Shown: positions 28,059-38,389, counted from the stretch's first letter. The stretch is 64,000 nucleotides of DNA from Bacteroidales bacterium (GCA_041671145.1 JBAZBZ010000011.1:6255-70254), one strand, 5' to 3'. Numbers and translations: made by a program. The notes: a model not told the origin generated them from the sequence alone.

Positions 28059-28721
28059 TTAAATATTTAAGTAATTCATAAAAGAATCATATCTTTCTTT
28101 TAAATCATCATAAAAATTATCTTCACCGAAAGATGCTTTTATAACATAATCGTATCGCGTAAATGTCTTTAAAATGGGAGTTATATCGGTTCTGTTAACT
28201 TTAAGAGTAACATCAATTTTTGTAGAATCGGGATGTGCTGTTACGAACATATTCAGAATTTTTGCATCATTGGATTCCACAATCTGCGAAATCTGTGCAA
28301 GTGTATAGTCGTTGCTGTTTAACTCAAGGATTATTATTCCACCGGGATTTTGAATTGCAGTGAATTCGGCGAATTTTATTAAAAGAGTTTTTAAAGTTAT
28401 TGCTCCCAGATAATTATTTTTATCGTCGAGCACCGGAATTAATGATAATTGTAGGAACGACATTAATTTTAAAACATCAAGTATATGCTGACTTCTCAAT
28501 ACATAAGGTTTGGTTAATGAAAGTGAATGATTTCCGAGTGGTTCATCTGGCTCGTTGATATCCAGAATATCATTTTCGGAAATCAATCCGAGAAACTGTT
28601 CATTATTAACAATAGGAAGATGTGTAACTTTATATTCCTCCATCATAGTTAATGCTTTGTTGGCATTATCCGATGTTTTCAGTGAAGGGATTGAATATGA
28701 TATTAATTCTTCTGCAATCAT
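28059..28721 (-). CDS. CBS domain pair protein
   Basis: Two CBS-like units (VTHLPIVNNEQFLGLISENDIL and LIPVLDDKNNYLGAITLKTLL). Confidence 0.7.
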   Translation of the reverse strand: MIAEELISYSIPSLKTSDNANKALTMMEEYKVTHLPIVNNEQFLGLISENDILDINEPDEPLGNHSLSLTKPYVLRSQHILDVLKLMSFLQLSLIPVLDDKNNYLGAITLKTLLIKFAEFTAIQNPGGIIILELNSNDYTLAQISQIVESNDAKILNMFVTAHPDSTKIDVTLKVNRTDITPILKTFTRYDYVIKASFGEDNFYDDLKERYDSFMNYLNI

Positions 28722-28752
28722 AAAAATAAATCCGTATTAAGTTTTTATTTGT

Positions 28753-28787
28753 GCTGCAAGCCAAGAGCTACGAGCTACAAGCCAGAT
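28753..28787. repeat. heptamer array (GCYRMRA)x5
   Basis: gctgcaa gccaaga gctacga gctacaa gccagat. A related array, gctgcaa gcttcga gccaaga, lies at 27971..27991. Confidence 0.8.
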
Positions 28788-28886
28788 ATTTTAATCTTTT
28801 AATCTTTATTTTTTTTATCTTTTTAAATAATATATTACACAAACATACATTTTTTTTTAGTTTTGTAATTAATTTTATTAAAAAAG

Positions 28887-29609
28887 ATGACAAAGTTAAG
28901 TATCAACATAAATAAAATAGCAACACTCCGAAATGCAAGAGGAGGAAATCTGCCAGATGTTATTAAGGTTGCTATTGACTGCGAAAGATTCGGTGCCGAT
29001 GGAATTACCGTTCACCCGCGTCCCGATGAGAGGCACATTAAATATAAAGATGTTTATGATTTGAAAGATGTGTTAAAAACCGAATTCAATATTGAAGGAT
29101 ATCCATCAGAAAAATTCATAAAGCTTGTTTGCAATGTTAAACCTGCTCAGGTTACTTTAGTTCCCGACCCTCCCGATGCCATCACTTCAAACGCAGGATG
29201 GAATACAAAATTGAATAAAAAATTTCTATCAGATATTATTGAGAAATTTAAAAATGAAAATATAAGAGTTTCAATATTCATTGACCCTATTGTGGAAATG
29301 CTCGAAAATGCTGTGGAAACCGGTACCGACAGAATTGAATTATATACCGAAGCTTTTGCAAAAGATTTTTATTCCAATAGGGAAAAAGCAATAAAGCCAT
29401 ATATAGAAGCTGCAAAATATGCCAACGAACTCGGATTCGGAATTAACGCAGGACATGATTTGAATATCGACAATCTGAATTATTTCGCAAAAAATATCCC
29501 ATCTCTCCTCGAAGTTTCCATAGGTCATGCTTTAATCTCCGATGCTATTTATTTTGGATTGGAAAATACAATTAAAATGTATTTGAATAGTTTAAAGTTT
29601 AAGGTCTAA
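28887..29609 (+). CDS. pdxJ: pyridoxine 5'-phosphate synthase
   Basis: [32 protein letters not shown] and GHDLN motifs. The last 6 codons and the stop lie inside a 32-nt repeat. Confidence 0.9.
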   Translation: MTKLSININKIATLRNARGGNLPDVIKVAIDCERFGADGITVHPRPDERHIKYKDVYDLKDVLKTEFNIEGYPSEKFIKLVCNVKPAQVTLVPDPPDAITSNAGWNTKLNKKFLSDIIEKFKNENIRVSIFIDPIVEMLENAVETGTDRIELYTEAFAKDFYSNREKAIKPYIEAAKYANELGFGINAGHDLNIDNLNYFAKNIPSLLEVSIGHALISDAIYFGLENTIKMYLNSLKFKV

Positions 29610-29620
29610 AGTTTAAAGTT
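29589..29620 (+). repeat. 32-nt TTTAAAG-type element, copy A
   Basis: AGTTTAAAGTTTAAGGTCTAAAGTTTAAAGTT. Contains the pdxJ stop codon. Confidence 0.9.
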
Positions 29621-29756
29621 TTGCGAAATTTCGCATTTGTCAATATTTCTTGGCAGTTTGCAGTTGAATATTTTTTTAAGTTTCTCGCAGAGCCGCAAAG
29701 TTTTTCTTTGTTTGACTTTTGACCCGTTAGGCAATTGTTAATGTTGAATGACCAAT

Positions 29757-29788
29757 AACTTTAAACTTTAGACCTCAAACTTTAAACT
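29757..29788 (-). repeat. 32-nt TTTAAAG-type element, copy A' (inverted)
   Basis: 31/32 match to the reverse complement of copy A. 5 nt past the C25 peptidase stop. Confidence 0.9.
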
Positions 29789-29792
29789 CTCT

Positions 29793-32522
29793 TCATTTTC
29801 GAACAACTATTTTTTTTACAAACTTTTTAGTATCACTTTTAATTTCCATGAAGTATATACCATCAGCAATGCTTTTGAGGTCAATGGAATTAGTTTGTAT
29901 TTTATTGACAAGAATTTTATCCGAATATATTATTTCGCCGGTAAGATTATAAATTTTAATATTTACCGTTTCAACATTTTTAAACAAAAAATCCATAGTG
30001 AATTCGCCGTTGTTGGGATTTGAATAAATTGCAACTTCGCTTGTATCGCTGCTATACCTGACGCACCCGATAACAGTTTCACCCATTCTGGAACATCCAT
30101 TTGCATCAGTTACGGTAACAGAATAATCTCCGCAATGTAGATTAACCGCAACCATATTGGTTTGCATCGGTTTCGTATTCCATGAATATGTGTATGGCAA
30201 TGTTCCTTCATTCACATTGACCAACAAAGACCCATCATCGCAAGTCAGACAAAGAGATTTTTTTATATTGAAATCTGTAATTTTGGGCACGGAATTCACG
30301 GTAATAATGGAGTTTCCTGTAACTTGATTTAAAGCAGCATCTGTAATTGTAACCGAATATGTAGCAGTAGTATCAGGAGTTACAGTAATTGTGGATGTGG
30401 TTTGAGTGTTGCTCCATGAGTAGCTGTAATAATTCGCACCGCAAATCGCATTTGCAGTTATAGTTGACGTTTCTCCCCTGCAAATAGTATCTTTTGCACT
30501 AAAATTAACAGACATTACATTGCAAACAAAAAATTCTCCGATATATGGAACATAATTATATGCAGTACAGCAAACTCTAAATGTATCGCCAAGATTTAAC
30601 ACGGGAAGGGTGAAGGATACGCTTCCACTTGATATTGTTCCTGTTCCGATAATGTCATAATTATCTTTTCTGGTCAAAGCAACACTTGCACCTTCAATAG
30701 GGCAATTAACATCAAAAGATAATGTTCCGGGTAATATGCTTGGGAAATGGTTTGCTGTAAGTACTTTCGGAGTATCAGTTCTGAGCATCAATGATGGGTC
30801 GCCGAAAATTGTCCATGTGTCTGCCATTAATGTATCGGAATAAGCATCAAGCATTTTGTTTATGCCGTTAAAGGAAATTCCACCGAAAGTATGTTTTATA
30901 TTGCCTGAATATGACTCGGTAAGAATATTATTCATTTCATCTTGTCCTGCCATTGGCGGGTCCCATGATTGATTAACAGTTGACATTAATGCAGCTACAG
31001 CTCCTTTCGGATTTCCTGAAATATCAACTGCTCTTAGCCATGCTTCGGCAAAGCATGTCTTTCCGTCGAAATCGCCATTTATACAGGCAACAGAAAAAAT
31101 AAAAGGCAGACAACTTATATTATTCAAGGTACTATTAATATAAGAATTACTGAATCCCGAAGTGGTCCATGCATAGGTTGAGCCATGCCCCGTATAATTT
31201 ATAATTCCTGCTCCATTATTAATTTCCGAAGCGACCATTGATGCTGATGGATTGTTGGCAGCATCCTGCTCGTCATGGCTTCCATCGAACAGTTCGGCAC
31301 AATAATGATATTTGTAATTTATTAGTATATTTCTGATAGCACGTTCATGTTGCCAGTCGTATTCACTATTATCGCCAGGACCTTGGTCGGAACCAATGCA
31401 TAACCCTTTTCCGAAATCACCTGTAATTACCGGATTTTTTTCATACTCCAGAAATCTTCTCACCTGTGTTTGCACATGCGAAATATTTTCTGCTGATATA
31501 CGTCCTACAAGTATTTCAGAATAATGGTCGTTTCCTGTAATGTAGCCATATATATTGTCAGAAGTATTTCCCGAATTGTCGTTTGAAGGAATCTGAGCAG
31601 CATCGCCCACAAGAACAAGAAAAGCTAGTCCTTTGGTATTATAATAATTAGCAACAAATGTTTTAATATCCGATGAAGTGTTTCCAATGGAATCAATATT
31701 TACTATTTCACAGGAAATTCCTTCGGTTTTTTTCCAGTTGACGAAAGGTTGCATTTCAGCCATAAACTGTCCGTAGCAAATTACAAGCATATTTCCCTTT
31801 TCAGTAACCGGAGTATATTTTAAGGAGTTGTAATTCAGAAAATGTCTTGAATATAAATTGTTAAATTCCTCAACAATTTTATTTGTATTTTTTGTTTTGT
31901 GAAATTGATTTTTTCCGTTTTTACTTTTTGATGAAATTTGAATTGTTAAATCAAGATATACACGCAGGATTTTTGTAACCGGATTATACCGAAAAGGATA
32001 AATAACAATTGTTTGACCGCGGTAATCCCTTAGAATATAGGGTTCTTTCAAATCAACAAGTTTTGCAGGAAAAAATTCATTTTTCGAATATTGTTCTCCG
32101 TATTTATAAGGAACATCGTCAGGATTGACATTGCGAAGAAGATTTCCTTTTGAGGGAGCTATCAAAATGTTAGGATAATCTTTATATTTTGAAGAGATGA
32201 CTTCCGCCCGCATTTCATCCATATCAGGAATAAGAATTGATGAAGTAAACTTAACTAAATCGGGTGCACCGGCAATAAGTATGGAGGTTGCGTTTTCGGT
32301 ATTAATAGAATATTCGGTTCTATTGTTTACTTTTCTTTCAACAAATGTAAAATCATCAAGCGAATAATTTATAATAGTCGTTGTTAAGTTTGATGATACT
32401 AATTCTATTTTTCCGGAATTTGCTTTTTTGGAGTTCGAATACTTAATGCAAAAAGAAATATTTGCATTAAGTAATAATGCAATTACAATAAAAAATATTT
32501 TTATAATCTTTCTGTCAAACAC
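29793..32522 (-). CDS. peptidase C25 (gingipain-like) family protein with SprB-type repeats and T9SS type A sorting domain
   Basis: LVLVGDAAQIPS, catalytic-type YTGHGS and FSVACINGDF. CGDYSVTVTDANGC repeat. C-terminal NPNNGEF...GIYFMEI CTD. Confidence 0.75.
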   Translation of the reverse strand: MFDRKIIKIFFIVIALLLNANISFCIKYSNSKKANSGKIELVSSNLTTTIINYSLDDFTFVERKVNNRTEYSINTENATSILIAGAPDLVKFTSSILIPDMDEMRAEVISSKYKDYPNILIAPSKGNLLRNVNPDDVPYKYGEQYSKNEFFPAKLVDLKEPYILRDYRGQTIVIYPFRYNPVTKILRVYLDLTIQISSKSKNGKNQFHKTKNTNKIVEEFNNLYSRHFLNYNSLKYTPVTEKGNMLVICYGQFMAEMQPFVNWKKTEGISCEIVNIDSIGNTSSDIKTFVANYYNTKGLAFLVLVGDAAQIPSNDNSGNTSDNIYGYITGNDHYSEILVGRISAENISHVQTQVRRFLEYEKNPVITGDFGKGLCIGSDQGPGDNSEYDWQHERAIRNILINYKYHYCAELFDGSHDEQDAANNPSASMVASEINNGAGIINYTGHGSTYAWTTSGFSNSYINSTLNNISCLPFIFSVACINGDFDGKTCFAEAWLRAVDISGNPKGAVAALMSTVNQSWDPPMAGQDEMNNILTESYSGNIKHTFGGISFNGINKMLDAYSDTLMADTWTIFGDPSLMLRTDTPKVLTANHFPSILPGTLSFDVNCPIEGASVALTRKDNYDIIGTGTISSGSVSFTLPVLNLGDTFRVCCTAYNYVPYIGEFFVCNVMSVNFSAKDTICRGETSTITANAICGANYYSYSWSNTQTTSTITVTPDTTATYSVTITDAALNQVTGNSIITVNSVPKITDFNIKKSLCLTCDDGSLLVNVNEGTLPYTYSWNTKPMQTNMVAVNLHCGDYSVTVTDANGCSRMGETVIGCVRYSSDTSEVAIYSNPNNGEFTMDFLFKNVETVNIKIYNLTGEIIYSDKILVNKIQTNSIDLKSIADGIYFMEIKSDTKKFVKKIVVRK

Positions 32523-32544
32523 TTTATTTGAGAATTAAAAAAAA

Positions 32545-33294
32545 TTAAATACATCCTTTATTTTCCGAAGCCAATTTATTAATAGTTTCGGGAGGTAATT
32601 TTGTTTTTGCAATATTAAAAACTTCCTTTTTCTGTTGGCAAGTAACGCTTTTAAGCAAATTCATTATGTTTTCATTGTTCAAACTGTTCATAGCAGCAAA
32701 TCTTATGCCATCCTCTTTATCATTTTTTGCTATGTCAAACAATAATTTCTGGTCGGTTATTTTTTCAGCAGCAGCTTTTCTTGCTTCGGGAAATTCACAG
32801 TCCTTGACAATGCTGTAAAGTAAACTGTTGTCGCTTATTTTTTCAATAGCAAATTTTCGTATTTCAGTAAAGTGTGATTTTCGTGCAATATCGGTAAGCA
32901 CGTTCTGGTCGTTAATTCTTTTCACTGCCGCTCTCACGGCTTCCATGTCTTCATCGTGCTTTGCAATATATACCAATGTATTTAGGTCGTTTATTTTTCC
33001 AATTGCCACTCTGCGTACATCGATATAAGAAGAATTTTTGGCAATGTCAATTAATAATGCTTCTTCGGTTATTCGCGACATAGCCGTTCTTCTGATGTTT
33101 TTAATGACAGTATTCATTACAATATCGGCAAGTGCTTTCTGACTTTGTATTTTATGAATTGCACCAATGCGAACTTCATTATTGAGTGTATCGTTTGATG
33201 CTGTTTTTATTAATTCTTCCTGACTCTGACAAAAAGAATTTGCAAACGAAAACAGCGATATTACCATTAAAAAAGCAATTCTTTTGAATTTCAT
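32545..33294 (-). CDS. HEAT-like repeat protein (about seven 31-aa units), probable lipoprotein
   Basis: Signal peptide ending in FANSFC. Repeated L.DIAKN....vR.aA...I.D...L units. 22 nt upstream of the C25 peptidase gene on the same strand. Confidence 0.5.
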   Translation of the reverse strand: MKFKRIAFLMVISLFSFANSFCQSQEELIKTASNDTLNNEVRIGAIHKIQSQKALADIVMNTVIKNIRRTAMSRITEEALLIDIAKNSSYIDVRRVAIGKINDLNTLVYIAKHDEDMEAVRAAVKRINDQNVLTDIARKSHFTEIRKFAIEKISDNSLLYSIVKDCEFPEARKAAAEKITDQKLLFDIAKNDKEDGIRFAAMNSLNNENIMNLLKSVTCQQKKEVFNIAKTKLPPETINKLASENKGCI

Positions 33295-33403
33295 AATAGC
33301 TTTAAGTTTAGGATAAATAAATTCAAATATAGCATTTTTTTACATAAAATAAAAAAGCACCCAATAAATTATTTTGAATGCTTTTTTAATGAAAAAATAT
33401 TTT

Positions 33404-34429
33404 TTATTCTTCAACAATATTAACCCATCCGTATTTATCGGGTTCTTCGCCATATTGGATGGCTCTTAATTTATTATAAAGTTTCGTGGAAATTGCACCT
33501 GCTTTTCCATCTTTGCAATATAGATATTCTTTCTTTGTTTCTCTGTCAATTATTTTTTTGATTGGAGTTATAACGGCAGCTGTGCCACATGCTCCAACTT
33601 CATCAAATTCGCTTAATTCTTCGAGGGGAATTTTTCTTCTTTCAACTTCCAGTCCCATGTCTTTTGCGAGTTCAATCAAACTCATGTTGGTAATTGAAGG
33701 AAGTACTGATGTTGATTCGGGTGTTATGTATTTCTTGCCTTTTATAGCGAAAAAATTAGCAGGACCTGCTTCATCAATGTATTTTTTTTCTTTAGCATCC
33801 AGATATAAAACGGTTGAGAATCCTTCGTCATGTGCTCTGCCGAGAGATTTTAAACTTGCTGCATAATTTCCTCCTACTTTTATATTGCCTGTTCCAAGTG
33901 GTGCGGCTCTATCAAAATCTTTAACAATCTGTATGTTCACAGGGTTAAAACCTTCTTTAAAATAAGGACCAACAGGAGAAACAAAAACCAAAAATAAATA
34001 TTCAATTGCCGGCTTAACGCCAACCTGTGCACCGGTGCCAATAAGCAAAGGACGAATGTATAAAGAAGCACCAGATTCCATCGGTGGAACATATTTTGTG
34101 TTTGATTTTATAGCAGTAATGACAGCTTTTTTAAATAACTCTTTGGGAACTTCAGCCATCATAATGCCTTTCGCCGAATTTGCCATTCGCTTCCAATTTT
34201 CTTCCCATCTGAAAATTCTTATTTTGCCATCCTTTCCCCTGAATGCCTTTAATCCTTCAAATGCTTCCTGTCCATAATGAAGACACGTTGCAGCCATGTG
34301 TATGTTTATGTTTTCCGAATCGGTGGTTTCAAGTTCGCCCCATTTCCCATTTCTGAAATAACTGCGAACATTATAATCGGTTTTAAAATAACCGAACGAA
34401 AGTTTTCCCCAATCAATATTGTTTGCCAT
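33404..34429 (-). CDS. ilvE: branched-chain amino acid aminotransferase
   Basis: 341 aa. YGQEAFEGLKAFR, ASLYIRP, GNYAASL and GTAAVITP motifs. Confidence 0.9.
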   Translation of the reverse strand: MANNIDWGKLSFGYFKTDYNVRSYFRNGKWGELETTDSENINIHMAATCLHYGQEAFEGLKAFRGKDGKIRIFRWEENWKRMANSAKGIMMAEVPKELFKKAVITAIKSNTKYVPPMESGASLYIRPLLIGTGAQVGVKPAIEYLFLVFVSPVGPYFKEGFNPVNIQIVKDFDRAAPLGTGNIKVGGNYAASLKSLGRAHDEGFSTVLYLDAKEKKYIDEAGPANFFAIKGKKYITPESTSVLPSITNMSLIELAKDMGLEVERRKIPLEELSEFDEVGACGTAAVITPIKKIIDRETKKEYLYCKDGKAGAISTKLYNKLRAIQYGEEPDKYGWVNIVEE

Positions 34430-34521
34430 GTTTTATGTTTTTTTAATTATTTTTTATTTAATTTTTCTTTATTTGACATCCATGTTTTAAACTTTGTGAA
34501 CTTTGCAAAAACCTTTGTGTT

Positions 34522-34553
34522 CTTTGTAGTTTTACAAAAAGACAACTACAAAG
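34522..34553. repeat. CTTTGTRGTT / AACYACAAAG hairpin with flanking CAAAG word repeats
   Basis: 10-bp perfect stem CTTTGTAGTT...AACTACAAAG with a 12-nt loop. Arms extend imperfectly over about 34478-34585. Confidence 0.7.
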
Positions 34554-34741
34554 TTCACAAAAAAAATTATACAAAGAATACAGAGAACTATAATTAATTA
34601 TATTATTTTAGTACATAATAATAATGTTATAAAATTAAATAAAATATTTTTTTCAATCAAAATATTTTAAAAGAATAATTATAAAGTAAGTAAAAACACT
34701 ACTTGTGGCTAATGATTTTACTTAACCTGTATTACTCTGAT

Positions 34742-36634
34742 TTAAGCAAAAGATTTTATTTTGTTAAAAATGCTTTCGGGGTCGAGTTTGCATTCTTTCT
34801 GGAGTTCTTCAATAGTTCCCTGCTCAATAAAATAATCGGGAATTCCTAATTTAAGAATATCACCTTTATATTTTTTTTCGTTAGCATAATCAAGTACAAC
34901 ACTTCCAAACCCTCCTTTAATAATGCCATCTTCGATTGTAACAATTTTTTTATAATTTGATAAAACATGATTTAATATTTCTTCATCAACAGGTTTCACA
35001 AAACGCATATCAAAATGAGCAATATTAAGTTCCTCGCTTTTCAGTCGTTCGTAAATTTTTGAAATATTGTTTCCAATGTGTCCGATTGAAAGAACGGCAA
35101 TATCCTTGCCATCACAAATTTTTCTGCCCTTGCCAATAGGGATTTCATTAAAGGATTTCCTCCAGTCGAGCATCATACCTTTTCCTCGCGGATAGCGTAT
35201 GCTAAATGGTCCATTATTATTAAGCTGTGCAGTGTACATGAGATTGCGTAATTCCTCTTCATTCATAGGTGCAGAAACTATCATGTTGGGAATAGATGTC
35301 ATGTATGCAATATCGAACAATCCTTGATGTGTTGCTCCATCTTCGCCGACAAGTCCTGCTCTGTCTAAGCAAAAAACAACGTGGAGTTTTTGTATGGCAA
35401 CATCATGAATTATCTGGTCGTAAGCTCTCTGAATAAATGAAGAGTAAATATTGCAAAACGGAATTAGTCCACGGTTAGCCATACCTGCAGAAAAAGTAAC
35501 AGCATGCTGTTCCGCAATACCGACATCAAAAACTCTTTCAGGCATTTTATCTTGCATAATATTTAATGAGCTACCGGTAGCCATTGCAGGTGTTACAGCC
35601 ACTATTGCAGAATTCATTTCAGCAAGTTCAAGAATAGTTTCACCGAAAACATTCTGGTATTTTGGAGGACCCGGTTCTTTAACTGAAGGTACGATTATTT
35701 CTCCTGTTTTTTTATCAAAGTATCCTGGTGCATGCCACTTTATCTGGTCTTTTTCGGCTTTTTCAAAACCTTTTCCTTTTAATGTGAGAACATGAAGAAT
35801 TTTCGGACCCTTAATATCTTTTAAATCATCGAGAATTTTAACCAATCTAACAACATCGTGTCCGTCAACAGGCCCAAAGTAACGAAGATTTAATGATTCG
35901 AATAAATTACTTTGTTTCAGAAGCGATGATTTCAAGCCCCTTCCGAGTTTTTGTAGAACCGAACGAAAGAAAATTCCAATATTTCTGTATGCACTTAATA
36001 AATTCCAAACATTTGTTTTAACTCTGTTGTAGGCATGTGATATTGTGATGTCGGTTAAATATTCTTTTAATGCACCTACATTCTGGTCAATTGCCATCTG
36101 GTTATCATTAAGAATTATCAGTATGTTTGCGTTTTCAACTCCGGCGTGGTTTAACGCCTCAAAAGCCATTCCTCCTGTCATCGAACCATCACCTATTACT
36201 GCAATATGATTTCTTTCTTTGTCATTGTTATGTCTTGATGCAACTGCCATTCCGAGAATTGCAGAAATTGAAGTTGAAGAATGTCCGGTCCCGAAGCAAT
36301 CATATTCACTTTCCGACTTGCGTGGAAAACCGCTTATTCCTTTATAAGAGCGGTTTGTATAAAATAAATCCTTGCGTCCCGTCAGTATTTTATGAGCATA
36401 CGCTTGATGCCCTACATCCCAAACAAGAAGGTCGTTGGGGGTATTGAAAACATAATGTATGGCAACAGTAAGTTCTATAACTCCAAGATTTGCGCCAAGG
36501 TGTCCCGGATTCTTTGAAACTGCGTCAATAACGAATTCTCTGAGTTCATCGCATAATTGCGGCAACTCTTCTTCTTTTAGCTTGCGAAGGTCCGCAGGGT
36601 ACTGTATTTTATCAAGAAGAGGTTTGGGTTTCAT
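34742..36634 (-). CDS. dxs: 1-deoxy-D-xylulose-5-phosphate synthase
   Basis: GHLGANLGVIELT, DVGHQAYAHKILTGR, GDGSMTGGMAFEALN and IAEQHAVTF. Confidence 0.95.
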   Translation of the reverse strand: MKPKPLLDKIQYPADLRKLKEEELPQLCDELREFVIDAVSKNPGHLGANLGVIELTVAIHYVFNTPNDLLVWDVGHQAYAHKILTGRKDLFYTNRSYKGISGFPRKSESEYDCFGTGHSSTSISAILGMAVASRHNNDKERNHIAVIGDGSMTGGMAFEALNHAGVENANILIILNDNQMAIDQNVGALKEYLTDITISHAYNRVKTNVWNLLSAYRNIGIFFRSVLQKLGRGLKSSLLKQSNLFESLNLRYFGPVDGHDVVRLVKILDDLKDIKGPKILHVLTLKGKGFEKAEKDQIKWHAPGYFDKKTGEIIVPSVKEPGPPKYQNVFGETILELAEMNSAIVAVTPAMATGSSLNIMQDKMPERVFDVGIAEQHAVTFSAGMANRGLIPFCNIYSSFIQRAYDQIIHDVAIQKLHVVFCLDRAGLVGEDGATHQGLFDIAYMTSIPNMIVSAPMNEEELRNLMYTAQLNNNGPFSIRYPRGKGMMLDWRKSFNEIPIGKGRKICDGKDIAVLSIGHIGNNISKIYERLKSEELNIAHFDMRFVKPVDEEILNHVLSNYKKIVTIEDGIIKGGFGSVVLDYANEKKYKGDILKLGIPDYFIEQGTIEELQKECKLDPESIFNKIKSFA

Positions 36635-36695
36635 CCGGCAAATAAATTTGTGAAATTGTGAAGAAAATCTTGTTAATCTTAAAGTTTCAAACTTT

Positions 36696-37208
36696 TTATT
36701 TTACTTTGTGTTTAAACTTCACTTTAGAAAGTTCATCATTTGCTTTAATAATCTTTATTTTTAAATTTTCCTTATAATCAATAATCTTATTTAAAATTTC
36801 TTTATTTCCTGTTGCAAGAATCTGAGCGGCAAGAATACCTGCATTTGCAGCACCATTCAAAGCTACCGTAGCAACCGGAATTCCGGCGGGCATTTGCAGA
36901 ATCGAAAGAATGGAATCCCATCCATCAATGGAATTAGATGATTTAATGGGTACGCCAATAACCGGAATTGGAGTGCTGGCTGCAATGACACCCGGCAGAT
37001 GAGCTGCTCCGCCTGCTCCAGCAATTATGACTTTCACGCCTCTTGAATATGCTTTTTTTGCAAACTCCATAACTTTGTCGGGAGTTCTGTGTGCTGAAAG
37101 TGCATTGATTTCAAAAGGAATTCCAAATTCATCGAGAACTTTGGCAGCTTCTTCCATAACAGGCAAATCGGAAGTGCTTCCCATAATAATACTAACTTTT
37201 GGTTCCAT
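36696..37208 (-). CDS. purE: 5-(carboxyamino)imidazole ribonucleotide mutase
   Basis: VSIIMGSTSDLPVM, SAHRTP, AGGAAHLPGV and GVPI motifs. Confidence 0.95.
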   Translation of the reverse strand: MEPKVSIIMGSTSDLPVMEEAAKVLDEFGIPFEINALSAHRTPDKVMEFAKKAYSRGVKVIIAGAGGAAHLPGVIAASTPIPVIGVPIKSSNSIDGWDSILSILQMPAGIPVATVALNGAANAGILAAQILATGNKEILNKIIDYKENLKIKIIKANDELSKVKFKHKVK

Positions 37209-37439
37209 ATTTTAAATTTTATGCAAACGTAATTGTTTTTTTAATAATTATCAATTCGTATTCAAATAAAAATTTAATTTCTTTTACTGAATTTATATTT
37301 ATATTAGCGGAAATAATTGTTGCTGATTAAGCATTTATATTTCGTGAAATGCTCATAACTAAAAAGTTTGTGAACTGTTGTTTTTATTTTTAACGCTAAA
37401 ACAGAAATTAATCATTAATAACTAAAAAAAATCAAAACC

Positions 37440-38015
37440 ATGCTAAATATTGTATTATTCGGACCTCCGGGTTCAGGAAAAGGAACGCAATCTGAAAAAC
37501 TAATTGAGAAATACAACCTTGTTCATTTATCAACAGGTGATATTTTGAGAGCTGAAGTTAAAGGAGGAACCACACTCGGTTTAAAAGTAAAAGGAATAAT
37601 GGAACGCGGAGAACTTGTTTCAGATGAATTAATAATTGAAATTCTTCTCGACAGAGTTTCTAAAAATCAAAATGCAAAAGGTTTTATTTTCGATGGTTTC
37701 CCGCGAACAATAATGCAGGCAGAAAAACTCGACCAGAATTTAAACAATAATAATTCTCCTGTTTCAATAACTGTTGCACTCGATGTTCCCGAAGACATAC
37801 TTATGAAACGATTGCTTCACAGAGCACAACAAACTGGCAGAACCGATGATACAGAAGAAGTAATTAAAAACAGAATTGAAGTTTATAAAAAACAAACATT
37901 TCCTTTGCTTGATTATTACAAGAAACAAAATAAACTTTCATTGATTCATGGCGTGGGTAGTATCGATGATATTTTTGTAAACGTTGCTAAAGTGATTGAT
38001 TCGTTGAAAAAATAA
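37440..38015 (+). CDS. adk: adenylate kinase
   Basis: GPPGSGKGTQ P-loop, LSTGDILR and FDGFPRT. Confidence 0.95.
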   Translation: MLNIVLFGPPGSGKGTQSEKLIEKYNLVHLSTGDILRAEVKGGTTLGLKVKGIMERGELVSDELIIEILLDRVSKNQNAKGFIFDGFPRTIMQAEKLDQNLNNNNSPVSITVALDVPEDILMKRLLHRAQQTGRTDDTEEVIKNRIEVYKKQTFPLLDYYKKQNKLSLIHGVGSIDDIFVNVAKVIDSLKK

Positions 38016-38019
38016 ATAG

Positions 38020-38052
38020 AGTTTTAAAGTTTAATGTCTAAAGTTTAAAATT
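38020..38052 (+). repeat. TTTAAAG-type element, copy B
   Basis: AGTTTTAAAGTTTAATGTCTAAAGTTTAAAATT. Starts 5 nt after the adk stop. Confidence 0.8.
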
Positions 38053-38191
38053 TTTTACTTTTAAACTAATGGCTAATAACTTAAAAGATTTTATAATAAA
38101 AAAATATCGAATTTCGAACATTGAGGAATTGCTGATAAATAAACTTTACATTAAAAATAAAGGTAGTGTTAACCAAATACAGTTCTTTGCC

Positions 38192-38222
38192 CTTTGTGGT
38201 TATCTTTTTTTTAACCACAAAG
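38192..38222. repeat. CTTTGTGGTTA / TAACCACAAAG hairpin
   Basis: 11-bp perfect stem with a T-rich 9-nt loop. Right flank reads ACACAAAGTTCACAAAG. Confidence 0.7.
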
Positions 38223-38354
38223 AACACTAAGGTTTACACAAAGTTCACAAAGTTTAATTTTGCACATGCGGGATATTACCATACCAAATTAATTGTAAAT
38301 ATTATTTTTTAACAAGCCATGAATATTAATTTTAAAGATTTTATAATAAAAAAA

Positions 38355-38389
38355 TATCGAACATCGAATAATGAATATCGAATTTCGAA
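38355..38389. repeat. heptamer array (NNTCGAA)x5
   Basis: tatcgaa catcgaa taatgaa tatcgaa tttcgaa. Confidence 0.85.

Noticed and set aside
29589-29788. Inverted-repeat-flanked spacers (also 38020-38474 and 60386-60560) as invertible promoters (invertons)
   Set aside because: There is no site-specific recombinase in the window. The inverted repeats overlap coding 3' ends and stop codons. One pair lies between convergent genes, where a promoter switch makes little sense. This cannot be excluded without read-pair data.
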